Shown: piece after piece, positions 50,711 to 59,270 of the stretch
Layout of the letters: each line of letters opens with the position of its first letter
Position numbering within the stretch: position 1 is the first letter of the stretch
Source of the DNA: a virus
Lineage: Duplodnaviria; Caudoviricetes
Length of the DNA: 64,000 bases
Strand: one strand, 5' to 3'
Virus record (IMG/VR): IMGVR_UViG_2880074916_000002
Span: 3,610 to 67,609 of that record
The notes under the pieces: model-generated
Seen by the model: the letters and a program-made list of their open reading frames with translations, nothing else
What the model was told of the DNA's origin: nothing
Databases searched by the model: none
Program-made: the position numbers and the translations under genes

Positions 50711-51219
50711 GCTGCTACCCCCTTATGTTTCACATGCTGTGCCCAGCCTTTACATGGTTTCATGCACTTACGGTCTTTAGCCGATGGATTGACCAAATTT
50801 TCAATATCTTTATGGCAATAAAAAACTGCATCTGTTTCCAAGGCATGAGCCAAGTCAGATTGAGTAGTAAGACAGTGATTTGCTAAAGTACCGCAGCGAT
50901 AAGCACATGATTCGCATAGCACCTCTTGATTAGGTGCTTTTTGCGCCAAGATCAGCCCATTCAAAGCACCATGAAAACTAGGTGAAATAAGCTTATCTAT
51001 TGCGTATGGGTGCGTATCGCCAGTGGTGACGAGATGTAAATACAATGTTTCATCACACGATTGGGCATAATTCACAGCAACATTTAAAACATTGCCAAGT
51101 AAATCAATTAATTCATCATGTGATTTTGCTGAAAACTTATCCTTGATTACCTGTAAGCGTTCAGCTTCAGGCAATTGGATAATGTCTGTTAGAGCAATAA
51201 TGGAGGTGTTATCAATCAT
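50707..51219 (-). CDS. Hypothetical Cys-rich protein
   Basis: CESC...FYCH...CKGW; ATGA overlaps. Confidence 0.7.
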   Translation of the reverse strand: MIDNTSIIALTDIIQLPEAERLQVIKDKFSAKSHDELIDLLGNVLNVAVNYAQSCDETLYLHLVTTGDTHPYAIDKLISPSFHGALNGLILAQKAPNQEVLCESCAYRCGTLANHCLTTQSDLAHALETDAVFYCHKDIENLVNPSAKDRKCMKPCKGWAQHVKHKGVAA

Positions 51220-51776
51220 GATGTCACCTCATTTTTAAAATGAGTAATTAAAGCTTGAACTGCTTTCTTTTGACGTTCATATACATTGTTAGGCTTTGTA
51301 AAACCCCCATTGTGGTACCAATCATCACAGAAAATTTTGGACATTGTTTCATATGAGTCAGAATCAATCATGTATGACAATTCGCCAATGTCTCTAAATT
51401 CATGCTCTTTTAATTCTTCATACAATTCACGAAGTTCATCTTTTGTAATGTTATTTTCATTACGAGCACGCTTAACCATCCAAAGCATGTCATTTTTTAC
51501 GAGACTTTCAAATAACTCACTACCATTCTCAACATCAAGATCTTCTTTAGTTTGAAAAAGCTTATTTATTAAGTAATCTGGGCTAACTTTGGCAAGGAAT
51601 TGTTCAAAGGTTTCCGTGCCAAAGTGTGAGAAAAAATAAGAACCTATATAGTCATCACCAATATTTACAGTGATTCGCCCACCACACTTTGAATATGCAT
51701 CATTTGGTTCAATGTAGATAAATACCCAATCATCTTTATATTCACCAATTTTGGTCAGGGTGATTTTTTTAATCAT
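51216..51776 (-). CDS. Hypothetical phage protein
   Basis: 186 aa, GAGGTG SD, ATGA overlaps. Confidence 0.7.
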   Translation of the reverse strand: MIKKITLTKIGEYKDDWVFIYIEPNDAYSKCGGRITVNIGDDYIGSYFFSHFGTETFEQFLAKVSPDYLINKLFQTKEDLDVENGSELFESLVKNDMLWMVKRARNENNITKDELRELYEELKEHEFRDIGELSYMIDSDSYETMSKIFCDDWYHNGGFTKPNNVYERQKKAVQALITHFKNEVTS

Positions 51777-51940
51777 GATGTCACCTCAATCGCTTTTTGC
51801 TTTTCTTCACGCTGTTTAAAAACACACTCAGCATGGATGACACGAAAGCCTTTAGCGTTTTGGCGCTTTTCAAAGTGCCCTGCACCTTTTGCAACATTGG
51901 TATTGCAGTAGTAGCAAAGACCGGGGAAACGGTTTCTCAT
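51773..51940 (-). CDS. Small Zn-finger-like protein (55 aa), missing from ORF track
   Basis: MRNRFPGLCYYCNTNVAKGAGHFEK...IHAECVF...; ATGA overlaps at both ends. Confidence 0.75.
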   Translation of the reverse strand: MRNRFPGLCYYCNTNVAKGAGHFEKRQNAKGFRVIHAECVFKQREEKQKAIEVTS

Positions 51941-52578
51941 GATTCACCGCCTTTAACAACCTTAAATTCGACAACCCATACCCACGGATTTTTTGACCAC
52001 GAATTTAAGCCATTAATGGATTCCCATAACCAGCTGAACACTTCAACAGGATTGCTACTTGCACCACCAAAATATTGATCACCTTGACTAATGACATAGC
52101 GACCAGTAGCAGGTAATTGATGAAGTCCTTCTTTTACTGCGTCTGCTCTTGAGATTTGATTAAGTTTTTCAACACGAATGTTCGTGATTTCAAGAAGTAG
52201 CCGTGATGCAGAACGTGGCATGTGAATTGATGGCTTCCACTTTTCACTTTTATCCAAAGTTGATGCAAAATATTCGTAACCACCAAAATTGCAATTACAT
52301 TGGTCATCACAACCGCAATCACTTATTTCGGTTTTACGAAATTTTTCACGTACCCAAAGATTGTCACCTACTTGACCATATGGGCAGTGAATTGGTAAAT
52401 CCTCAATTTTAGGAAGCAATAATCCATTGAATTTTTTACTTAACCACTTTCTATCCAAATTACTCTGCAAGGTTTTACCTTCAGGTTGTGGATTTAGTAC
52501 TCGACGAGTCTGAGACTTACGCCCTTCCAAAATGGCTTGAACCATAGGTGTGCTAAATAGAATCGGACGTTCTTTCAT
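51937..52578 (-). CDS. ASCH-like conserved prophage protein
   Basis: MKERPILFSTPMVQAILEGRKSQTRR...WKPSIHMPR...NPWVWVVEF. Confidence 0.75.
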   Translation of the reverse strand: MKERPILFSTPMVQAILEGRKSQTRRVLNPQPEGKTLQSNLDRKWLSKKFNGLLLPKIEDLPIHCPYGQVGDNLWVREKFRKTEISDCGCDDQCNCNFGGYEYFASTLDKSEKWKPSIHMPRSASRLLLEITNIRVEKLNQISRADAVKEGLHQLPATGRYVISQGDQYFGGASSNPVEVFSWLWESINGLNSWSKNPWVWVVEFKVVKGGES

Positions 52579-52886
52579 GAAACCTCCTTATGTGCTTCTA
52601 CCGCACGTCGATGGTATTTTTCCACATCATCCAAACTTGATACGAATAATGGTGAAGACTCACCGCATTTCACATACGCCTCATCAGGTGCCAAACCTAA
52701 ATCAAATTCACGCTTTTCAATTTGTTCCAATGAACACGCCTGCGATTGTTCAAGCAGATGATGATTTGGCATGTCAAACCACTGCTTTGCGCCAAAATCT
52801 TGGACTAAACAGTGATTACACTGCTCTTCTTTAAATTCAGGACATTTGCCCTTGCATTGATGTTCTGTTAAATTACTCATGTTCAT
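52575..52886 (-). CDS. Hypothetical Cys-rich protein
   Basis: ATG at 52886 overlaps the upstream TGA; CKGKC...CNHC. Confidence 0.65.
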   Translation of the reverse strand: MNMSNLTEHQCKGKCPEFKEEQCNHCLVQDFGAKQWFDMPNHHLLEQSQACSLEQIEKREFDLGLAPDEAYVKCGESSPLFVSSLDDVEKYHRRAVEAHKEVS

Positions 52887-52940
52887 TTTCCTGAAAGTTG
52901 ATGAATGCTTGAAGCTCGACCTGCAACGTCGGGCTTTTTT
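52881..52940 (+). ncRNA. Predicted oop-like antisense RNA
   Basis: TTGCCC-N17-(TGT)TAAATT at 52846-52874; terminator AGCTCGAC/GTCGGGCT plus T-run at 52913-52940. Confidence 0.4.
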
Positions 52941-53209
52941 AATGCCTGCCAAAAACTTTTCAAATTTCTGCATACATTCATAAATACGCTTGTAGACGTT
53001 GTATTCTTTGATTTTTCTACATGCTCAGATGATGATTGACCTGTCTCCAGTTCGATCTTTTTATCTATGGCATCTCTTAACCACTTAGCACGATCACTAC
53101 CTTGGCTTTCAGCCAAGTTGTCAATGATCTCTTGGACTTCCAGCGGCACACGTGTTGACATGGGTGCCAACAGTTTTTTGCTGAATACAATCATTATTTT
53201 TGTTTCCAT
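52883..53209 (-). CDS. Ribbon-helix-helix regulator in the cII position
   Basis: MSTRVPLEVQEIIDNLAESQGSDRAKWLRDAI (Arc/CopG-like); follows cro. Confidence 0.65.
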   Translation of the reverse strand: METKIMIVFSKKLLAPMSTRVPLEVQEIIDNLAESQGSDRAKWLRDAIDKKIELETGQSSSEHVEKSKNTTSTSVFMNVCRNLKSFWQALKKPDVAGRASSIHQLSGK

Positions 53210-53220
53210 AAGATTTCCTT

Positions 53221-53433
53221 TTAACTTGTGGACTGTGTTGTTGAATCCTCTGGTTGATGCTTCTCCCAAAGAGCTTCTAATTTCTTTCCAAGTTCATAAG
53301 ACAGGCGTTTACCACATACACCACGCTCTAAATCACTTACATAATTTTGGGAACATTCAATTTCCCCTGCGATTTGAGTTTGTGTTAAGCCTTTTTCTCT
53401 TAAATCAGAGATCATTGTTTGCCACTGATTCAT
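53221..53433 (-). CDS. cro: Cro-like repressor
   Basis: XRE HTH (GLTQTQIAGEIECSQNYVSDLE); divergent from cI. Confidence 0.85.
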   Translation of the reverse strand: MNQWQTMISDLREKGLTQTQIAGEIECSQNYVSDLERGVCGKRLSYELGKKLEALWEKHQPEDSTTQSTS

Positions 53434-53522
53434 AAGAACCTCCGATATTTTTAATAAATATATAGGTTTTCCGATATTAAAACAATAGCCAATCCGATTG
53501 CATTATGTATCAGAATTCCGAT
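53433..53522. promoter_or_regulatory. OR region: four 14-bp operators ATCGG-N4-CCGAT and PR
   Basis: Sites at 53433-46, 53462-75, 53485-98, 53509-22; minus-strand TTGTTT-N17-TATATT. Confidence 0.75.
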
Positions 53523-53543
53523 AGTGATAATTAGGATATTTTT

Positions 53544-54206
53544 ATGGCAACTTTAGGTGAAAACGTAAAATCGATTCGCAAAGCCAAAAAAATGACTCAA
53601 AAAGAGTTGGCTCAAAAATCTGGTGTAAAACAATCTGTTATTTCCGACCTAGAAACAGGCAATGCAAAATCAACAGGTTCAATACTTGAGTTGGCAAATG
53701 CTCTTGGGGTGACTGCTGAAGAACTAAAAAAAGGAATTACTGGAAATCTTGATAATAATATTGCACCAGTAAATTCAAAATTATTACCTGTACTCTCTTG
53801 GGTCCAAGCTGGTGCAATGACATCTGTAGAGGCTATTAATCCTTTAGAAATTGCTGAATGGTTGCCTCCACTAAGTGCAGATGATCCAAAAGGTTGTTTT
53901 TATTTAAAAGTTGTAGGGATTAGTAATTTCCCCACCTACCAAGATGGTGACTACATCCTTGTCAACCCTTCATTTCAGGTTTGCGATCTTTTATCAGAAG
54001 ACCTTATTGTAGTGAGGAATAATACAGATGCTACATTCAAAAAATTAATTATTGAAAGCGATGACCGTAAGTACTTGCAAGCACTAAATCCAAATTTTCA
54101 ACCCAATATTATTGAGTTTGAAGAAGGCATGGAATTGGTAGGATTGGTAATTGATGCTTTTAGACCACTAGGTGGTTCTCGATCTAAGCGTGTGAGAAAA
54201 AGTTAA
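53544..54206 (+). CDS. cI: CI-type repressor (XRE HTH + S24 peptidase)
   Basis: HTH, VQAG cleavage site, VVGISN serine and ATFKKL lysine. Confidence 0.92.
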   Translation: MATLGENVKSIRKAKKMTQKELAQKSGVKQSVISDLETGNAKSTGSILELANALGVTAEELKKGITGNLDNNIAPVNSKLLPVLSWVQAGAMTSVEAINPLEIAEWLPPLSADDPKGCFYLKVVGISNFPTYQDGDYILVNPSFQVCDLLSEDLIVVRNNTDATFKKLIIESDDRKYLQALNPNFQPNIIEFEEGMELVGLVIDAFRPLGGSRSKRVRKS

Positions 54207-54232
54207 AATAACAATCTTAACAGGAAATATTT

Positions 54233-55412
54233 ATGTCAAATAATCAAGGTGTTTTTGGCGATTATAGTGAAAAAGCCTTAACAATTGGCATGTGTAAATT
54301 AGTAACACAAAAAACTCTGTCATTACTCCAGTACTATACAGCTCAATACATTGATTTTTATAAAATAGTAAATCCATATGCTAACTCAAAAATTTTAGAT
54401 AATTTATCAGTTAAAATTTTTGACGATTTAACAGAAATAGGCATGATAAATGGTATTGATAAATTAATTGATACCATATTGCGAGAACATTTATTTTATT
54501 ACAAAATCAAACCTACCAACCTAAGTACTGCACTTTTTGGTGATTTTAGTGAAAAGTCTATAGTTACAGCAGTTACTCAAATAATTGATTCTAGAATTTC
54601 AGAATCTTTTTTCTTTGAAAATACAAATTCAAAGAAACACTCTACAAATCAAAAAACTTATTCAAATATAGCTAATCAATACGTTTATATTTTATATAAT
54701 GAAATTTTATACCAAGAATATAATACCCATATTTATAAGATCGGTTGGACAAGCCGTACACCACAGATAAGAGCAGATGAAATCAGTCAAGGGACTGGCG
54801 TTGTTGGTAAATGGAAGGTTGGTCATCAATGGAAAGTAGAAGATGGGTATTGGTTGGAACAGCGGATTTTTAAACACTTCTCACAATATCGTCTACCTTA
54901 TAGTGAACAATTTAATTTTAAGGGACAAACTCTTGAACAAGTAGCAAAGCAGATCAGTCAATTTATTAATAATAATGGTGAATCTCCTAAACGTGCAGCT
55001 GAAATTGCAGAAGAGCAAAGAAAAAAAGAAAAAAGATCGAGCGGAAAAAGTCTATCAAGAAGAACTTAAAAAAAAGGAGGCTCAAAATGCCTATAACAAT
55101 GAATGTGCTAAAATTAGAAATGAAATTGATCAACATGTTAGCTCTTTGATTAAAGCAGAAATACAACCTAAATTAAAAAAAGGTTTTTATGAAAGTGTTA
55201 TCTCCTGCATTATTCTTGGTTCTGTTGTTGGAGTTTTTGCTGGTCATATTATTGGTTGGGGAGTCTTTGGAGCTATTGTTGGTTATTTTATTTATATTTT
55301 TGACAAGAACAAACAAGAATTAAATTTAGAAAATAAATACTTAAAGTACAAAAATATATCTAATGATCTTGAAAAATTAAAAAAAATCAAAAGAGAATTA
55401 TCTATAAAATAA
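54233..55412 (+). pseudogene. T5orf172/GIY-YIG nuclease-domain protein with C-terminal TM helices, split by a +1 frameshift in A-runs at 55021-55034
   Basis: YVYIL...YKIGWT.R.P..R..E...LEQRIF..F..YR; second frame continues the coiled coil into two TM helices with no SD; 1180 nt = 393 codons + 1. Confidence 0.65.
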
Positions 55413-55461
55413 AGAAAGACTTCACTTTTTATTCAAACAAATTTTATTTTATAAATAAAAA

Positions 55462-55523
55462 ATCGGTTTTCTTATAAAAATATCGGTTTTCCTATTGACT
55501 AGTAATATCGGTAATGCGATATT
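55462..55523 (+). promoter_or_regulatory. OL region: three operators and PL
   Basis: ATCGG-TTTT-CTTAT, ATCGG-TTTT-CCTAT, ATCGG-TAAT-GCGAT; TTGACT(55495)-N17-GATATT(55518). Confidence 0.8.
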
Positions 55524-55557
55524 AGTTTCACCAACCACAACAACCTTGGTGAAAGTT

Positions 55558-55935
55558 ATGTCTACAAAAGAACCAACCTCGTTTTGCCAAACACTTGGCA
55601 ACCTACAACACGGTTATGCACTAAAAGAGCTTGATCAAACGCTTACTGATGCACTTCAAGCATCTCAAGACACAGGCAAGCAAAGTACTGTCACTGTGAA
55701 ATTAACCATCAAACCGAATGGTGCAGGCACTTTCAAAATTATTGATGACATCAAATCGACATTACCGAAATTCGATAAAGAACCAACTGTTCTATTTACA
55801 GACAAAGATCAACAGCTTGTACGCGAAGATCCGCGCCAACAAAAACTAAATCTTACTCAGGTGGAAGATACATCCCCTATTCAAATGAAAGCTCTTCCTG
55901 AAGATGCCAAGCCTGTGCCAAAACCACTGAGCTAA
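55558..55935 (+). CDS. Conserved phage protein, YfdQ partner
   Basis: First gene after PL; VTVKLTIKP...LVREDPRQQKL. Confidence 0.7.
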   Translation: MSTKEPTSFCQTLGNLQHGYALKELDQTLTDALQASQDTGKQSTVTVKLTIKPNGAGTFKIIDDIKSTLPKFDKEPTVLFTDKDQQLVREDPRQQKLNLTQVEDTSPIQMKALPEDAKPVPKPLS

Positions 55936-55993
55936 TTTCATAACTTTTTAAAAATATTTTTTTATTCAACCACACTCAAATAGGTATTTATTA

Positions 55994-56860
55994 ATGAGCG
56001 ATTTTCAACAAGCCCATACCATTGGTCAAACATCATTGCAAAAAACAGGTGTATTACCTTTTGTTGTAGTTCCTGAAAGTGGTCACGTACACACTTTTGA
56101 AGACACTCTTGTGCGCCCTTTGCAGCTAAAACAAAGCGTAGCATTGCATACCGCAAAAGATTTTATTTCTTATATCAATCGCTTCGCTGACAAAAACTCA
56201 GTGATTTTTGTTGGTGTCCAAAATGGTCATATTCGTGGTGTGCTTGATTACCATGAAGCACTAGAAGCTGATCCTGCAACATCTGATCAAACTAAAAACC
56301 AACCACGCCATTGCAAACACATTGCTGTTTTCAATGTTGCACAGACACCTGAATTTATCAAAATCCGTGAGGCATCTGGTGAAAAGTTTACACAGGAAAA
56401 ATTTGCATTATTTCTTGAGGATGTAATGCCCTACATCAGTGAACCTGTAGCAGCAGAGTTGTACGAAATTGTTCAAACCCTTTCGGCAAAAACTGGTGTT
56501 GATTTTAAATCTGCAATTCGCACTGACAATGGTCAAGTGTCTTTGACTTATGCGGAAACAATTGAAGCACGTGCAGGTGCGGCTGGAAATCTAAGCATTC
56601 CTGAAAAAATCGTTTTTGGAATTCAGGTTCATCGTGGTGGTGAGCATTATGCAATCCCTGCCCGTTTCCGCTATCGCATTTCAAATGGGAATCTAACGTT
56701 GTGGTATGACTTAGATCAGCTCGAAAAAGCAATCGAAAAATCAATGGAAGATACGGTTGATTATATCCGTAGTGGTAAAACCATCTCTGAACAAAATGGA
56801 ACTGAAAGTGTTTTACCGGGTGTTCACGATTTCGTGACAATTTTGGAAGGCGCAATTTAA
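55994..56860 (+). CDS. yfdQ: YfdQ family (DUF2303) protein
   Basis: VLDYH...HC.H.A...QEKFALFLED...ARFRYRI.NG.L.LWY. Confidence 0.75.
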   Translation: MSDFQQAHTIGQTSLQKTGVLPFVVVPESGHVHTFEDTLVRPLQLKQSVALHTAKDFISYINRFADKNSVIFVGVQNGHIRGVLDYHEALEADPATSDQTKNQPRHCKHIAVFNVAQTPEFIKIREASGEKFTQEKFALFLEDVMPYISEPVAAELYEIVQTLSAKTGVDFKSAIRTDNGQVSLTYAETIEARAGAAGNLSIPEKIVFGIQVHRGGEHYAIPARFRYRISNGNLTLWYDLDQLEKAIEKSMEDTVDYIRSGKTISEQNGTESVLPGVHDFVTILEGAI

Positions 56861-56864
56861 GGCA

Positions 56865-56926
56865 AGAAAAAGCCCCGAAATTTTCGACGACGACGGGGCA
56901 CTTTTCAGGGGTATAGCAAAAGCTAT
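56865..56926 (-). ncRNA. Predicted antisense RNA in the PL operon
   Basis: Minus-strand TTGAAA(56961-56956)-N17-CATAAT(56938-56933); GCCCCG/CGGGGC stem plus U5 at 56899-56867. Confidence 0.3.
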
Positions 56927-56935
56927 AAGGAGATT

Positions 56936-57373
56936 ATGAACATGGTTTCATTAAATTTCAAATCTGTTTTGTTCGGATTAAGTAGTGCGGTAGCAATGAC
57001 AGCAGTTTTAGCGTCTGTGCAAATGTATCAACCAGCCAAGTTACCAGTTGAAGAACAGCTGCCAATCACTGTGGCATCGGATAGTTACAAGGTGGATGAA
57101 CTCAACCTTGGTTATAAGAATGAATGCCAACGTAATTGTCATGCAACTTTATTGACTGCAAATGACCAGTATTACATCGAAGTGAATTTTGACTATTCAG
57201 GTTTCGATGCTGGAAATGGTTTTCAGCGTGCTACAGGCATTCAAATTGACCGCTTAGAGCCTGAAGTGGTCGGTGATGAAGATGGCGAAATCAACGCCTA
57301 CTTAGATCGTATCGAACTTTCCAAAATCAATGAGGCTCTTGAAGACTCCATTGCTGAAAAGTTAGGAGTTTGA
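56936..57373 (+). CDS. Hypothetical protein with N-terminal signal/TM segment
   Basis: AGGAG SD; hydrophobic N-terminus. Confidence 0.7.
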   Translation: MNMVSLNFKSVLFGLSSAVAMTAVLASVQMYQPAKLPVEEQLPITVASDSYKVDELNLGYKNECQRNCHATLLTANDQYYIEVNFDYSGFDAGNGFQRATGIQIDRLEPEVVGDEDGEINAYLDRIELSKINEALEDSIAEKLGV

Positions 57374-57374
57374 C

Positions 57375-57761
57375 ATGGTTGATTTAATTGAAATTAAAAC
57401 AGCTTCTGATGAACTAATTGATCACTCTAACAGCCTTCAAGCTGATGTATACCGAGCTTTATTTGGTGAGCCTGTCAAATATAACGAATTTGAATTCGAT
57501 GTTGGAAATAAAACTGTTATTTGCCTAATGCATGGCTTTCCTTGGCATGTGGTTTCTGAAAATGAACCTTTTGATCAGCAAAATGGTGAGTTTTGGGGAT
57601 GGAATCCATTAAAGGTAAAAAGTTCAGGTCGTTTTGGTGGTGGATGGGCTTTTAAATTTGGCATCACCTCAAATGAAAATTTCCGTGAATTAGTTATAGA
57701 CGTGGGAATAGGTTCAATTCGTTTGGAAATCATGAATTCACGTAGAGGATTTAGAGCATGA
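57375..57761 (+). CDS. Hypothetical phage protein
   Basis: 128 aa, AGGAG SD, coupled. Confidence 0.65.
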   Translation: MVDLIEIKTASDELIDHSNSLQADVYRALFGEPVKYNEFEFDVGNKTVICLMHGFPWHVVSENEPFDQQNGEFWGWNPLKVKSSGRFGGGWAFKFGITSNENFRELVIDVGIGSIRLEIMNSRRGFRA

Positions 57762-58276
57762 GTTATACAACTGTTTTAGCTGTTCACCCAGGCGAAAAAG
57801 TCGAGGAACTATTTGAACTTGGTAATGCTTGGGGCTCAGCACCAGTAATTTGGGATGCCATGGCTCAAAAGTATCTGGATAAACCACATTTTATGGCTGC
57901 TACTTTTGAAGATAGTGGTGAAAAACTTTGGGCTCTGTGTCGTGATGAATCTGTTCCATTGGTTCATCGTACTCTCCATTTAATGACAATGGACCGAATG
58001 TACATTGAGAAAAAAGATTTCAAACATGCAGCACAAGATATACGTGCATTTTTAAATGATTTTCCTCAGCCTGAAGACCACATTAATCATTGGCCAGCAA
58101 TTGCAGACTATTTAGATACTGATCCAGATGTACCAGCGATTGGATTTCATATGACTTCAGTTTCTGACAACCCATTTCATGGTGATTGGGATGAAGAAAA
58201 TGAGGATTACGGTTCTCTAAATTGGACTACTTGCCAAAGTGTTTATGAAAGTATCAAAGGGAGTGTTGAAGCATGA
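57758..58276 (+). CDS. Hypothetical phage protein
   Basis: 172 aa, ATGA overlaps. Confidence 0.7.
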   Translation: MSYTTVLAVHPGEKVEELFELGNAWGSAPVIWDAMAQKYLDKPHFMAATFEDSGEKLWALCRDESVPLVHRTLHLMTMDRMYIEKKDFKHAAQDIRAFLNDFPQPEDHINHWPAIADYLDTDPDVPAIGFHMTSVSDNPFHGDWDEENEDYGSLNWTTCQSVYESIKGSVEA

Positions 58277-59259
58277 ATACACAAGTCAATCGTGACCAAT
58301 TCCTGGCAGGTCGTAAAAAAGGTATCGGTGGTGCAGATGTTGCTGCAATCCTTGGTTTTAGTCCGTACAAATCACCTTACCAATTATGGTTAGACAAAAC
58401 AGGGCGTGGCGAACGTAAAGAATCACAAAATGAGTCTGCCCATTTCGGCAACTTGCTTGAAGATGTTGTTGCTAAAGAATTTTCACGTCGTTCTGACATG
58501 AAAGTCCAACGCATTACCCAGCAGCTATCACTTGCTGACATTGGTGAGTCTTGGGCGATCGGGAACATCGACCGTGCCGTTGTAAATCCTGAAATTGCTG
58601 GTCGTGTCTATTTCAAAGATGGAAAGCTGACAACAGACCAAGGTTTGGAATGTAAAACAGCTTCTGAATATTTGTCCAAGCTATTTGGTGAAGAAGGTAC
58701 AGATCAGATTCCAGATTATTACCTTACTCAATGTCTTTGGTACATGAAACTTACAGGCTTTGCTGTCTGGCATCTTGCCGTTCTCATTGGTGGTAATAAG
58801 TTCCGTATGTATCGAATTGAACGTGATGACGATTTAATTGAATCAATCTTTAAACAAGTGAAAGCCTTTTGGTTCAACCATGTCATTGCTGATGTGCCAC
58901 CCGACCCTACTTGCTTTGATGATGTTTTACATCGTTGGTCTAAGCATGTTGTTGGTAAACAAGTCGAAGCTGATTTTGAACATATTAAGCTGGCTGAAGA
59001 GTTGATCACTGTTCAAGGTCGCCAAAAAGCGGACAAGGCTCGTGAAGATGAAATCAAGTTAAAGATCGTCTCCACGATGCAGGATGCAGAAATGATGATT
59101 AGCCAAGGCAAGTCTATCTGTACCTACAAAGAACAATCCTCCACTCGTATCGACAGCACGCTGTTGAAAAAAGAAGAACCTGATTTATTTGCGAAATATA
59201 GCAAAACCTCCAGTACCCGAGTTTTCCGTATTTCAAACAAATTTAAAGAAACAGTTTAA
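58273..59259 (+). CDS. YqaJ-like viral recombinase/exonuclease
   Basis: RKKGIGGADVAAILG.SPYKSPYQLWLDK; LECKT; YLTQCLWYM. Confidence 0.9.
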   Translation: MNTQVNRDQFLAGRKKGIGGADVAAILGFSPYKSPYQLWLDKTGRGERKESQNESAHFGNLLEDVVAKEFSRRSDMKVQRITQQLSLADIGESWAIGNIDRAVVNPEIAGRVYFKDGKLTTDQGLECKTASEYLSKLFGEEGTDQIPDYYLTQCLWYMKLTGFAVWHLAVLIGGNKFRMYRIERDDDLIESIFKQVKAFWFNHVIADVPPDPTCFDDVLHRWSKHVVGKQVEADFEHIKLAEELITVQGRQKADKAREDEIKLKIVSTMQDAEMMISQGKSICTYKEQSSTRIDSTLLKKEEPDLFAKYSKTSSTRVFRISNKFKETV

Positions 59260-59270
59260 GGAATTTTATT

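Noticed and set aside
56901-56911. CTTTTCAGGGG as another copy of the late motif (similar text at 32216)
   Set aside because: Lacks the CCT-N3-AGG dyad and does not precede a minus-strand late gene; may be chance.
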